Below, piece by piece: positions 13,514 to 29,097 of a stretch of DNA of 64,000 nt. Location: NCBI RefSeq assembly GCF_009914755.1, contig NC_060925.1, one strand, 5' to 3'. The DNA is from the human T2T-CHM13v2.0 reference genome, Homo sapiens. The notes beneath the pieces were generated by a model, which was not told the DNA's origin, did no database searches, and saw only the letters and a program-made list of their open reading frames with translations. Position numbers and translations under genes: made by a program. Positions within the stretch are counted from its first letter, which is position 1, and each line of letters begins with the position of its first letter.

Positions 13514-15589
13514 CTGACAGAGCTGTTTCAACAAGACACTTTGGGTAATTCAAGCAGAAGTGTTTCATGGTTCAAGTGACAACAAAAGGACTAGGGCTGG
13601 GAAGAGTCCATTTTCTTTACCTCTACACAGACTCTAGGACACTCAGCATCAGTGACTTACTGAGAATCATATCTTTTTTACATTACATTTTAATGTGAAT
13701 TTTCATTGAAATATAACTTATGTACAATAAGCCATAAATGTACGCCACAGTAAATTTTTTCAAAGTAAACAGCATCCAGATCTATTTTAGACATTTCCAG
13801 CACCTCAGAAACTCCTTCTTGCCCATTTCTAGTCCACCCCTGACACTGACTTCCAGCACCATAGGTTTTTTGCCTGTTTTTGAACTTCATATAAAGGGCT
13901 ACGGTATGGGACAGGATGTACTCTTTTGTGTCTGGTTTATTTTTCTCAACATTATGATTGTGAACTGTATACATGTTGTAAATTGAAGTTCATTTGTTCT
14001 TATTACTGTATATTTCATATTTTCCCATTCTGCTGAGGGGCTCGGGTTGCTTCTGGTTTTGACCACTTACAAATAGTAATGCTGTGGATATTTTTGTTTA
14101 CATGTTTCAAATATTTTCTACCATTACTAATGTTCAACAGTATCTGATGGAGGTATGTTACAATTTCCCACTCTTTTGGATATACAAATGCAAATTAAGC
14201 ATTTCCCTAATGACTATGATATTGACCATTTTTCACATTTATTACCTATTTGGGTATCCTTTTTTGTAAGGTCTTTTTGATAATTTTTCTATTGTCTGTC
14301 TTTTTCTTACTGACTTATAGGAGTTATTTATATATTCTGGATATAAGTCCTTTTTCAAGAGTCTTAAATATCTTCTCCCACTCTGTGGCTTTTCTTTTCA
14401 CTATAATATTAAAGTTTTGTTTGTTTTCAATGAACAAGACTTGTTAATTTTACTACAGTACAATACACCAACATTTTTGGTTGGTGCTGTCTATGCCCTA
14501 TTTTAAAATGTTTCGCCACAGTCAGCCATGGGGAATTCAATTGCAGCTCACTGACTCTTAGTCATTTCAATTTAATCAGTATATGCTAAGACCAAGAAAA
14601 TGCAGCTGGTTGGTGGACCCGAGCCCTAATCATATGGCTGACACCAAAGTCATGAAGGTAGGGGAATGATTGTTGAGTAGGAAATTAGTAATGTCTGCTA
14701 AAAGCTGCATCTCTTGAGTTTTGATATATAATACTACCATTACCACTTAAGTTTAAAAACTCATAAATTTCCATTATACATTATTTTATTCATGAATTAC
14801 TTAGATGTTTTTTGGAGGGTAGTTTTTTGTTATTGATTTCTAATGTTATAGCACTTTGGTTAGAATTTGTGTTAAACATGGTATCAGTTCATTAGTATTT
14901 GTTGAAAATTGCTTTGTGGTCTAGTTCACACTTAATTTTTCTAATATTGCATGTGTGTTTGAAAAGCATATGAATTTTCTTTCTAAAGTAGAGCATCCAC
15001 AAAATCAAGCCTATTAATTGTGTCATTCAGATATTTTCTACCATTACTAGTGTTTGACAGTTTCTGATGGAGATGTGACAGCATTTCCCACTCTTTTGGA
15101 TATATAAAGCAAAGATGGCAGTGTTTGGGCAGTGCAGTCTTTCAGCATCTGCTGGCTGTGGGTGGGAATAAGGGAGGGAAGAGAATTAATTCTATTTGGA
15201 AGCATTATATCAGTATCCATGACTGTAAAATTCATGCTATGTATAGCATAGAAACACCTGTCTTCCATTCTTAGATAAGTTCTGGAGGGGAAAAAGGCAC
15301 TATTGTCTCTTTTCCGCCTTAGTCTCCTAAGAACCCCATTTTTACTTAGCCAAACCAACTGCCTCTGGAGAAAAGAAAAGTAGTTGAAGCATTTTTGGTT
15401 ATGTGTAGAGGTGTTTGTCGAAAGGAAAAACCCATTGACTTGGAGCTTGTTTTGCTAGTGATATCATTGATCTTACATATGTGAGTATTCATATCAATGT
15501 AGTAGGATGTTTATATCTGGATGTTTGCCCTTCTGTGTGTTTGTCTCAGGATGCGTGGTCCTATTAACAAATTTGTCAAGAGTTGGAGT

Positions 15590-16111
15590 GTATTTGTTTT
15601 CTATTGCTGTGTAACAAATTTAGCAACAACATACATTTAAGATCTTCCAGTTTCCATGGGTCAGGACTCCCATCACAGCTTAGCTGAGTGCTCTGCTGAG
15701 AGTCTTCCAAGGCTGCAGTTAGGGTGTTGACTTTGCTGTGTTTCTTTTTGCAGCTCTTCCAGGCTCACAAGGTCACTGGCAGAATTCAGTTCTTTGTGGT
15801 TGTAGGACTGAGGTTCCTGCTTTCTTGCTGCCCATCAGTGGGGGGCCACTCTCAGCTCCTAGAGGCCCTTGCCTTGTGGCACTCTTGCAGGCCCTCTCCT
15901 GGCATGGCAGCTTACCTCTTCAAGTTCAGGAGGAGACTTTCCATCCAGACTGCTAAGATAGAGTCTTACATAATGTAGCAATCCCAAGAGTGACATTTCA
16001 TCACCCTTGTCATATTCTGTTGGCTAGAAGCAAGTCATAGGTTCCACCCACACTCAAGGGGATTATGCAAGGGAGTGAGTCATTGGGATCATTTTAGAAT
16101 TCTGCCTACCA
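15590..16111 (-). mobile_element. MLT1 (MaLR) LTR
   Basis: TGTATTTGTTTTCTATTGCTGTGTAACAAAT ... ATTTTAGAATTCTGCCTACCA termini. Confidence 0.65.
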
Positions 16112-16378
16112 TGCTGTATGAACTGTTTTTGTTTCAACCAACTTCTGAGATCTGGAAAGGGAAGATAAGAAAGGGCTGTGTATGCAGTTGCCAGTAAAGA
16201 TTGCTTTTCTTTCCACCAAAGCTAAAGATATTTGAGGAACCGGATATAGGCCTGAGATTTAGCAGAGCTCTGAGGCTGGATGTTGCAAGGAGAAAAAATA
16301 GGAAGCCCACAGGGCCAAGCTTGGGCCTCCTTGTACCTCCTCCACTGTATACATACATTTTGGGTTCATATTTTTCAG

Positions 16379-16633
16379 GCTGGCTACTACTGCAGGTCTC
16401 CAGCAGAGTCTTCATGGAAGGAGAACCTCTGGCCTTGAGGTGTCATGCGTGGAAGGATAAGCTGGTGTACAATGTGCTTTACTATCGAAATGGCAAAGCC
16501 TTTAAGTTTTTCCACTGGAATTCTAACCTCACCATTCTGAAAACCAACATAAGTCACAATGGCACCTACCATTGCTCAGGCATGGGAAAGCATCGCTACA
16601 CATCAGCAGGAATATCACAATACACTGTGAAAG
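16379..16633 (+). CDS. FCGR1B: FCGR1B exon EC2 (Ig domain 2)
   Basis: 255 nt, [22 protein letters not shown]...AGISQYTVK, tttttcag/gtattg. Confidence 0.95.
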
Positions 16634-17244
16634 GTATTGTATTGGAATAGTCATAGAACTGATAGTCCCTCCCCCTGAGGGACCATCATAAATATTCTAA
16701 ACTCCTCACTTTAATTTACAAGTGAAGAAACTGGGCTCCAGAGAGGTAAACTGCATTACTAAAGGCCACACCATGACCAGTAGCTGGAACCAGAACTGAG
16801 GTCTCTGGGTCCTAGTCCAATACTCTTTCCAGTGTACCGCAACCCCCATCAATAATCACAGGAGCTAATGTCAATGTCAGGGCATAATGGTGATCCATTT
16901 CATCCATCATTATTTTAGTTGTAAAGAATACAGACTCACTCTAGGTAGATAGGAGAGTTAGAAAATAATACCATGGAATCTCATGGAAGCCCCATAGAAA
17001 GAGAAACCTGGAAAACATGAGGAACGGGCTATACTGTCCATCTACCTCTCAGGGACAAAGCAGCCTCTGTGGTGCCACTTCTTCCTGAGCATCTGCAGGC
17101 TAAGCAGTTTGCATATGGCCTTGTTCTGACCCTTTCACGGCCTTTCCTCTTAATACAATCACTAGCAACCTTTCTCTGTCTGAGAAAAAAAAAGTTCACT
17201 CCTGTGGGAAAGAAATTATTGTCCCAGATTATCTTTTAAAGTCA

Positions 17245-17436
<192 letters not shown>

Positions 17437-17550
17437 TCACTGAAATGGCAAGTGTGTGAGTCAGGGTTCACTCCTAGTTGACCACTGCCAAAAGGGCATG
17501 GTTATTGACCAGATGACACGGTCATTCAGGGAAGGATGGACCATGTAGGG

Positions 17551-17838
17551 CAGGGGTTCCCAACCCTTACTGGTCCGTGGCCTGTTAGGAACTGGGCTGC
17601 ACAGCAGGAGGTGAGCTTCTTCATGAGCCAGCATTACGGCCTGAGCTCCTCCTCCTGTCCAATCAGTGGTGACATTAGATTCTCATAGAAACATGAATCC
17701 TACTGTGAATTGTGCGTGCCTGATGATCTGAGGTGGAACAGTTACCTTCCAAAACCGTCCCCACTTCACCCCCCGGCTGTGGAAAAGTTGCCTTCCACAA
17801 AATCCATCCCTAGTGCCAAAAAGGTTGGGGACCACTGG
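17551..17838 (+). mobile_element. MER1B (hAT-Charlie) DNA transposon
   Basis: CAGGGGTTCCCAACC ... AAAAAGGTTGGGGACCACTG terminal inverted repeats. Confidence 0.8.
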
Positions 17839-18056
17839 TATAGAGGTATCCTCAGTAGGACTCAGCAAGCTGGCAACCCTAATTATGTCTATTAGGACAC
17901 CCCAAGAATGGCTCTCTGCTGGAAGTAAAAAGGGTTAATGCCTTATGGATTCATTTTCTAGGGCCAGGTTTCCCAAGGGGGTAAAGGGCATGTCTTTTGT
18001 GAAAAGGACCTGGATGCTAAACAGGCAACCCTGTCCCCCATCAACTTTCTCCTTAG

Positions 18057-18341
18057 AGCTATTTCCAGCTCCAGTGCTGAATGCATCTGTGACATCCCCA
18101 CTCCTGGAGGGGAATCTGGTCACCCTGAGCTGTGAAACAAAGTTGCTCTTGCAGAGGCCTGGTTTGTAGCTTTACTTCTCCTTCTACATGGGCAGCAAGA
18201 CCCTGCGAGGCAGGAACACATCCTCTGAATACCAAATACTAACTGCTAGAAGAGAAGACTCTGGGTTATACTGGTGCGAGGCTGCCACAGAGGATGGAAA
18301 TGTCCTTAAGCACAGCCCTGAGTTGGAGCTTCAAGTGCTTG
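18057..18341 (+). pseudogene. FCGR1B: FCGR1B exon EC3 (Ig domain 3) with in-frame TAG at 18167-18169
   Basis: 285 nt, [12 protein letters not shown]...[15 protein letters not shown]...ELQVL; both splice sites intact; length divisible by 3. Confidence 0.93.
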
Positions 18342-18519
18342 GTGAGAATGACGGGAAGCCACTGGCACAGAAGAAGGGACTCCCTTATCTCCCATGGGAC
18401 TGAGGTTTGTTCAAGGGTTTTTGGCCCAGACAAGAGGGGAAAGTCTCTTCAGGAAAAGCCCACAAGCAGGCCTTTCCATCCTTGATTCACAACATCACTC
18501 TTCTCCTCGCAAACTGTTA

Positions 18520-18725
18520 AATTTCCTTTCCTTTCTTTTTCTTTTTCCTTTGCCTTTCCTTCCTCTATTTCTTTCCTTCCTCCATTTCTTTCCTTCATTT
18601 TCTCCTCTGTCCTTCTTTTCTTCTCCTTCATTTTATTTTCCCCTCCCTCCCACTCTTCCCTCCACTCCATGACCCCTCCTTCTCTCTCTCTCTCTCTCCC
18701 TGCTTCCCTGCCTCCCTCCTCCTCA
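18520..18725 (+). repeat. Polypyrimidine low-complexity tract in FCGR1B intron 5
   Basis: About 200 nt almost entirely C/T. Confidence 0.9.
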
Positions 18726-19254
18726 CCAACAATCTCACCAACAATTTATCAAGTTCTTCCTATCTGTTGTCATACGTCTGGGGATATAAAGACATTTGAG
18801 TATAGTTCTTGCTTCAAGGAGCTCACAAGGTGGATTTATCAGACAGTGATTTTGTAAACTGCAAATCACCACCTCCCCAAGTATCTCTGTTTAACTGAGG
18901 CAGAGGGATTGTGAGCTCTAGAACAAAGTCTCCTTGGGGGGGAAAAAAGTTCATCTTCAACCCAAATTCATTTCAAGTATTAAATGGCACAGAGATATCA
19001 GTTGTCTCTGGAACTAGGGAGTAAGTCCACTGACAGGGCCCAGCAATTAAGCTCTTCCAAGGAGCCTGTCCCTGTCTATACACCATATAGCCAGTTAGAG
19101 CTACCGCCAGTTCCTTCCTGCTCCCTGAAATGACCAGTGCCTCCCTAAGGACAGGCACATCAGGTCTCAGCCAACCTTCCCTTCCAAACATAACTCAGCC
19201 AGACCCCTCTGGTCTCTAAATAGTATCTCTTCTCTTTGTCTTTTTCTGTTTCAG

Positions 19255-19535
19255 GCCTCCAGTTACCAACTCCTGTCTGGTTTCATGTCCTTTTCTATCT
19301 GGCAGTGGGAATAATGTTTTTAGTGAACACTGTTCTCTGGGTGACAATACGTAAAGAACTGAAAAGAAAGAAAAAGTGGAATTTAGAAATCTCTTTGGAT
19401 TCTGGTCATGAGAAGAAGGTAATTTCCAGCCTTCAAGAAGACAGACATTTAGAAGAAGAGCTGAAATGTCAGGAACAAAAAGAAGAACAGCTGCAGGAAG
19501 GGGTGCACCGGAAGGAGCCCCAGGGGGCCACGTAG
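19255..19535 (+). CDS. FCGR1B: FCGR1B transmembrane/cytoplasmic exon
   Basis: tttcag|GC CTC CAG...; [27 protein letters not shown], tail ends KEPQGAT*. Confidence 0.95.
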
Positions 19536-19667
19536 CAGCGGCTCAGTTGGTGGCCATCGATCTGGACCGTCCCCTGCCCACTTGCTCCCCGTGAGCACTG
19601 CGTACAAACATCCAAAAGTTCAACAACACCAGAACTGTGTGTCTCATGGTATATAACTCTTAAAGCA

Positions 19668-19673
19668 AATAAA
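19668..19673 (+). terminator. FCGR1B polyadenylation signal
   Basis: AATAAA about 130 nt after the stop codon. Confidence 0.75.
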
Positions 19674-20579
19674 TGAACTGACTTCAACTGGGATACATTT
19701 GGAAATGTGGTCATCAAAGATGACTTGAAATGAGGCCTACTCTAAAGAATTCTTGAAAAACTTACAAGTCAAGCCTAGCCTGATAATCCTATTACATAGT
19801 TTGAAAAATAGTATTTTATTTCTCAGAACAAGGTAAAAAGGTGAGTGGGTGCATATGTACAGAAGATTAAGACAGAGAAACAGACAGAAAGAGACACACA
19901 CACAGCCAGGAGTGGGTAGATTTCAGGGAGACAAGAGGGAATAGTATAGACAATAAGGAAGGAAATAGTACTTACAAATGACTCCTAAGGGACTGTGAGA
20001 CTGAGAGGGCTCACGCCTCTGTGTTCAGGATACTTAGTTCATGGCTTTTCTCTTTGACTTTACTAAAAGAGAATGTCTCCATACGCGTTCTAGGCATACA
20101 AGGGGGTAACTCATGATGAGAAATGGATGTGTTATTCTTGCCCTCTCTTTTGAGGCTCTCTCATAACCCCTCTATTTCTAGAGACAACAAAAATGTTGCC
20201 AGTCCTAGGCCCCTGCCCTGTAGGAAGGCAGAATGTAACTGTTCTTTTTGTTTAACGATTAAGTCCAAATCTCCAAGTGCGGCACTGCAAAGAGACGCTT
20301 CAAGTGGGGAGAAGCGGCGATATCATAGAGTCCAGATCTTGCCTCCAGAGATTTGCTTTACCTTCCTGATTTTCTGGTTACTAATTAGCTTCAGGATACG
20401 CTGCTCTCATACTTGGGCTGTAGTTTGGAGACAAAATATTTTCCTGCCACTGTGTAACATAGCTGAGGTAAAAACTGAACTATGTAAATGACTCTACTAA
20501 AAGTTTAGGGAAAAAAAACAGGAGGAGTATGACACACACAGCAACTTGATTCTAGATTATTTGGTTTGATCCGTAAATG

Positions 20580-21560
20580 ATGGGATGGGGCGTCGCGCTC
20601 CGAGCGTGTCCCGCGGCGGGCCCCTGGAGCCACACTGTGGCCGCATGTGCATATTGCAGCCTCCGCCCGTATCTGGGGGCCGCAGCCGCCAGCGCCCGGG
20701 GACCCAGCTGCGGCGAAAGCTGTCGGGCGCGCGCTTCTCCGCAGCTCCGCGCCCCCGCCAAAACCCAGTGAGAAATTATTTGCATTCCTGGAGCCTGCAG
20801 GAGCGAGAAATGAGCTGTAGGAGTCGGTGGGCAGCAACGGCGGCAGGCGGATGGAAGAGAGCAAGGGGTCGCCGTTCGTGTCCCATTCGCCCGAGTCAAG
20901 GGGCGGCCCCCCAAAATCCCAACGTCATTGTTTCCTCGGGGCCGGCAGGTGTGAAAACCCGGCGGCAGAATGGAAGTTCGGTAGTCTGCGAGGGCCCGCG
21001 GCCTCCCCAGGCGCGTAGCTGAGTCCCTCCAACCCCGCCCCGGGCCCGCCTGCTCTCGGGCCCCGGCGTGGCGCCACCTGGCGGCCGTCTGTGGAGGTTG
21101 CAGCTGCCGCCAAGCCACGGGGATGCTGCCGGCCTCAGGTGCGCCCGGCCAAGCCTCCGCGGAGAGGAGGACTGGTAGATCACAGGAAACGGGAGGACGG
21201 CGCTGGGCTCCCAGCAGGCGCCCCAGCTTCTTGGCTTGTCGCAAGAGCAGCCGGAGGCGGCGGCGGCAGGGAGGGAGCGGGTGGGGAGTGGGAGAGGCCG
21301 CCCGCCTCCCCGTCCAGCTCGGAGGACCTCCCAGCTGGTTCCCTCACCGTCAAAAGCAGGAAGGGAGCTGGCTCAGCGGGATCAGCAAGCCAGCGGGCAA
21401 GAAGGCTCCAGGCTCCGCAGGGGCCACCCCACATGGACTCGGGAACCGCCGAGCTTCACTCACAAGGGCCCACGGCCCATCCTATCACGGACGAAAAGAT
21501 TACAGGACTGACAATGAGCCCCTGGAGGGATCTGATGCAGCTGGCGGGGAGAAAGGTGGG
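20580..21560. promoter_or_regulatory. Orphan CpG island
   Basis: Abrupt switch to about 1 kb of GC- and CpG-rich non-repeat sequence. Confidence 0.85.
21069..21087 (-). promoter_or_regulatory. CTCF motif
   Basis: Minus strand CGGCCGCCAGGTGGCGCCA, near-consensus core CCRSYAGRKGGCRS. Confidence 0.75.
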
Positions 21561-21986
21561 TCGGACTTAGAGGGGTGGTGGGGTGGAGGAATATCTTTCT
21601 TCTCCCTGGGACCTACCGAGGCTTCACCTGTGAGGGTCTTGGGCCCATCCTTCAATCCGAGAGCTTCCAAGCCAAAGCACAGCTCCCCAGAGTGGACAAG
21701 TGGAGCAGAACCGGCATTAGGTTGGGAGGGTGGGTCGTTAGGGGTAGTTCTTCACCTTCCAGGCTGGGTATGGAGACCTCTAAATTCATCCTAGGGCCAC
21801 AAGAGCTTCTGTAAGAGTTCAGGCCCGTTTCAGAACACTCAGAGGTTCCTAGCCTGAGAAGTAATCCCCAAAGCAGACCAACCGGTTTGGGGTAAAACAG
21901 GAATAGTTGGGTCCATTCTGGATCTTTCCTAGCTAAATGCCTTCAGGATTTAGGAATATTTTCCTAGGAGGGCCAAGGATTAGCTA

Positions 21987-22142
<156 letters not shown>

Positions 22143-22997
22143 TTAGGAGTCTAGGTGAGAGGCAGCGGCAGCCTGGACTAACATGGTAACAGTGGAGCTA
22201 TTGAGAGTGGTCACATTTGGAAGATGTTTTGTAGGAAGTGTCAACAAAGTTTCTTATTGATTAGATGTAGGGAATGTGAGAAAGAGAAGGCGGGGGGAAC
22301 ACGTAGATTTTGGGTCAAAGCAATAAATATTCCATTGACAGAATTGAGACAGCAAGTTGGTGGAGGAGGGGAACGGGGTAGCAAGAAGCAAATGTTTCAT
22401 ATTGGAAATTTTAAGATTCCTATTTGACATTTAAGAGTAACTCTTGAAAAAGCAATGGATATATGAAGAATCCTAGACTAGAGATACAAATTTGCCAATC
22501 ATCATATAGATGTGGTATTTAGAGTCAGGGGACTAGAAAGAACAATGTAAGGGGGAAGTACAGATAGAAAAAGGTCTAAGGCTGAGCCATGAAATATGCC
22601 ACATTTTAGAGGTTGCGTAGAAGAGGTGGTAGCAAAGGATATTGATAAGGAGTACCAGTGAGGTAGGAGGGAAAACAGAGAATAAAACGTCTCAAGAAAG
22701 AGAGATCAACTATGTCAAATTCTCCTGAGAAAACTATTGGATTTGGAGTGGGACTGCACTAAATCTGTCGATCTTTTTGGGGCAGGGGCGGGAGGGAGAG
22801 GGTTAGGGAGGATTGATATCATTCCAACACTGACTTTCCAATCCATAAACAAGGTATAACTCTCATTTATTTATGTCACTGTTAATGTCTCACAACAATA
22901 TTATAATATTCTCTCTAGATGTGTTAGATGTATTCTTAGGTCCTTCATTTTTGTGTTATTGTAAATGGTATTGTCAGAATCTTCAGAAGTAATTATT

Positions 22998-23302
22998 GGC
23001 CAGGTGCGGTGGTTCATGTCTGTAATCCTAGCACTTTGGGAGGCCAAGGTAGGCAGACACTTGAGCCAGGTGTTGGAGACCAGCCTGGGCAACATGGCAA
23101 ACCTCATCTTTATAAAAAATACAAAAATTAGCCAGTGGCACACGTCTGTAGCCCCAGCTACTCAGGAGGCTGAAGTAGGAGGATCAATTGAGCCCAGGAG
23201 GCAGAGGCTGCAGTAAGCCAAGGTCGCACCACTGCACTTCAGCCTGGGTGGCAGAGGGAAACCCTGTCTCAAAAATAAATAAGTAAATAAATAAATAAAT
23301 AA
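22998..23302 (+). mobile_element. Alu with (TAAA)n tail
   Basis: Alu consensus match. Confidence 0.85.
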
Positions 23303-23325
23303 ATGATTATTACCAGTCTCACAGC

Positions 23326-23902
23326 TGAGGCAGAAATTTAAAACAAATAAATAATAAGTACTGCATTTATTCACTCCAAGAAAAGTAAAAGCTAAGGCCC
23401 AGAATGTGGCAAGACAAGGGTTAAAAAGAAGAAAACAAGTTTTCCTCTGCCTAGCAAGCTTACTTCAAGGACAGTTATAAGATAACGCTGTCCAAATAGC
23501 CAAGGTCAAAGGAATAGGCTCCAGACACCCCTCCCTTCCAGAGCAAGGTTGAAGGAAGAAAAAGAGAAAGATTCTTTTACTGTTACTCTTTCCCCAGGCC
23601 TCTTAAGCATTATTTACAAATGTCTGTATTTAGCCAGTTTTTGTTTTTCTTTCGATGCAACTACAAGGTCACCAGCTATGCAAGGTCACAAGTTATGTTA
23701 TGCTATAGATTATGTGACCTGTCACTGTATGATTAACTGCTTTTGTTTTGTGTCTGTAAGGCCGCTTATAAAAACCCCACTCTGTCTTTGTTCAGTGCTC
23801 AGCTTTTTAGATGCAAACCTGCTGAGCCGTGCGTACCTAAAATAAACAACAATCCTCCTGTTTTTCCATATTGGCCTCTCCTTTCCTCAGTTTACCACAA
23901 CA
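23326..23902 (+). mobile_element. ERV1-class solo LTR
   Basis: TGAGGCAGAAATTT...CCACAACA; TATAAAAA and AATAAA; imperfect TSD cagc/tagc. Confidence 0.65.
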
Positions 23903-24849
23903 TAGCCATAATAGTATAAAAACTGAAAGACCCTAAGACACATATACATTAAGCTTGGCAACGGAAAGCAGGATGTCACACACACACAAAGCTAGTAATG
24001 TGAAAATCTGGTCTTGCATAAGGTCTTTTAGGTACAGACTTCTTTGTTAATGCACATTGGCAGGAAAATGGGAACGAATAAAATTGCTTGCTGTCCTTCT
24101 CCCTTTATTCTCCACTTCTTGTTTTTTCTAAATGTGGGGTTAAAACTTCCATGAGGGTAAGAAGTTCAGTTTTCTGCCTTTCCCCTTCATCTCCCTATCA
24201 CACATGTATACTACTCCTTAACACTTAAAGAAGATAAAAAAAGAATAAATTGTGGAGAGGGAGCATATGTGAAAGTAAAAGATTCCCAGACATAATATGG
24301 GAGTTAATGGAGAAAGAAAATCTCTAAGGAAGACTAGAAATAATTGGGTTAGGGATTCTCGAGAAGTAAATTAAATTCCCCAAATATGGTATTCTCTGAG
24401 AAGATAATTTTGAAGAAGCAATGGCGTGATATCCAGTGAAACAGCAGTCCTCTGGAGCCTGGCTGTGACTTCAAGGCCCAGTTCTTCTGGAAGGGCAGAA
24501 AAATACTTCGAAGAGGAGAAATGAGCATTTATATAGGTTTATAAGTACCATCTTTATTTTAGAAAATAATCATTTTCTACCTGGAATTCTAGTTTATTGT
24601 GACCAAAAATTGTAAAATTTCAGGATATGGCTGAATTAAAATCTTGGTCCTGCACTTAAATAGCTCCTTGAATTGCAATTTCTTATTCCAATTATTTTAT
24701 CCTTTCATTCCACTGTGAAATCTATATCATGGCACTTAATAGTCAACTTTATTATTTTAATTTAACAAATGCTTATTTACCTTTCATGGGTTATTTCATT
24801 TAGCCTTCATAATATCTGTTGTCATTGCCTCACACTCAGTGGCTTTTAA

Positions 24850-26910
<2,061 letters not shown>

Positions 26911-27789
26911 ATTTTTCTAACTTCTACAGTAATATCTATATCCTATTTATTTATAACATAAATCTTACTTAGCTTGTTTTACTTCTCTTCACTCTTGCTT
27001 TCCCTACCACCCTTCTACATCACCTGGAATTTGAATTCCAGGTTTTCTTTTTAATTTTCTAGAATCTAATTTCACTTTGTTTAGCAATATCTTTTACCAA
27101 ATACATGACCACCTTTGCTTCCATTATCTCACATCTTCCCTTATGATCTTTTTAAAATTATTGCTGGAATAGAATTCTGAAAAGTCACCCACACTTAAAT
27201 GATAGTTTAATTGAATTCAAAATTATTTTCCCTAGATTTTAAAAAATAATGCTTCGTGTCTTCTTATATCCAGTGGAGCCCAAATGAGTTGGATGTAAAT
27301 TTGACTTCCATTTCTTCATAAGCATTTTCCCTGAATATGTTTAGAAATTTCTCCTTGTTCCCAAATTTTGTCACTGTGAATCTAGGTGAGGGTCCTTCTC
27401 ATCCTGTATGCTCAGAATTTAATAGGACCTTGCAATCTAAGGATGTATGTATGCATTTAGATCCTGTGAAATATCCTCCTTTTATTCCTTTATTTTCTCA
27501 TGACTATGGTTGCATACTACACAATAGTAGGTTGTACACTACACATTGGCAAATCTTACTATTCAAATGACAGCCCCTGAAATTGTGCAGTGCACAATCA
27601 GCAAATCTTATTTGGTAGATCTGTATTTTATTTCTTACTTGTTCTCAATTCTCCCCTCCTCTCTAACTCCTCATCCTGTTACATGAGTTTGGAACATCTG
27701 GATCTATTTTTCATATCATTTAACTTTTCTTTCATCTCTGCATGCATCTTTTTATATGGCTTTGTGGAGGAATTTCTGGCTTATCTTGA

Positions 27790-28603
27790 TCACGATGAGG
27801 CGGGAGAAACTCAAACTATGTGTTTCCTGTGCTTTCACACTACAACAATCAACACAGAAGACTGACGGCGGAGGGGGGTTCTCCACACAGCAAGCAAGCA
27901 ATCAGTTCTGCAGTGGACACCAGCTGAGTGTACTCCAATTCAATTTTTACACTATTTATCAGGAGATCCCACAGGTTGAGGACTGAGTCTACCAGACTGC
28001 CCCCACTTCAAATGCCAGTTCCAAGTCTGGGCCTCCAGAACTTCTGACCAACCATTTCCAAGCTGGGGTTCCCATGGCTTCCTCCTTTGCATTGTATTAA
28101 TTTGCTAGAGCAGTTCATGAAACTCAGAGAAACACTTGGGTTTACTGGTTTATAACAAAAAATACAGATGAAAAGATGCATAAGGCAAAGTATGGGGGAA
28201 GGAGCATGGAGCTTCCATGCACCTCCACTGGGTGCGCCACCCTTCAGGAACCTCTACATGTTCAGCTATCAAGAAGCTCTCCAAGCCCTGTCCTTTTGGG
28301 TCGTTATGGAGGCTCCATTGCAAAGGAATCACTGATTAAACCATTGGCCATTGGTGATCGGCTTAACCTTCAGCCCCTCTCCCCTCCCCGGAAGTTGGAG
28401 GTGGGCTGAAAGTCCCAACTCTCTAATCCTCCCCTTGTTCTTTCTGGTCACCAGCCCCCATCCTGAAGCTACCTAGGGGCTGCCAGACATCAGTCAACTC
28501 ATTAATAAGCAAAACGACATCACACTTTGGTGTTTCTAAGGATTTTAGGAGTTGTATGTCAGGAAATGGGGTTGAAGACCAAATATATATTTCATAATAG
28601 CAC
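27790..28603 (-). mobile_element. MER21-family LTR
   Basis: Reverse-complement similar to the + strand copy at 62925-63880. Confidence 0.65.
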
Positions 28604-28794
28604 AATCTTTCAGCTTATTTATTTTCTCTTGGCTTTATCTATCCTGTTCTGGATTTATCCCTTGTTGAATTTTTATGTCAATAATCAAATTTTAAATTTC
28701 CAAGATGTGGGAGCGCCCAGTTACTTGGCACATTTTCCTGCCTCCTTGAACCAAATGACCACACTCACTGCTGGGGTCAAAGATGTCAGTCACC

Positions 28795-29097
<303 letters not shown>

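Noticed and set aside
20496-20518. Distal FCGR1 poly(A) site (ACTAAA followed by an A-run)
   Set aside because: Weak variant signal next to a genomic A-run; cannot be told apart from internal priming.
20505-21814. Long overlapping ORFs (230, 223, 159, 145 aa) in the CpG island
   Set aside because: Expected in GC-rich, stop-poor DNA; present on both strands, R/P/G/A-rich, no recognisable domain.
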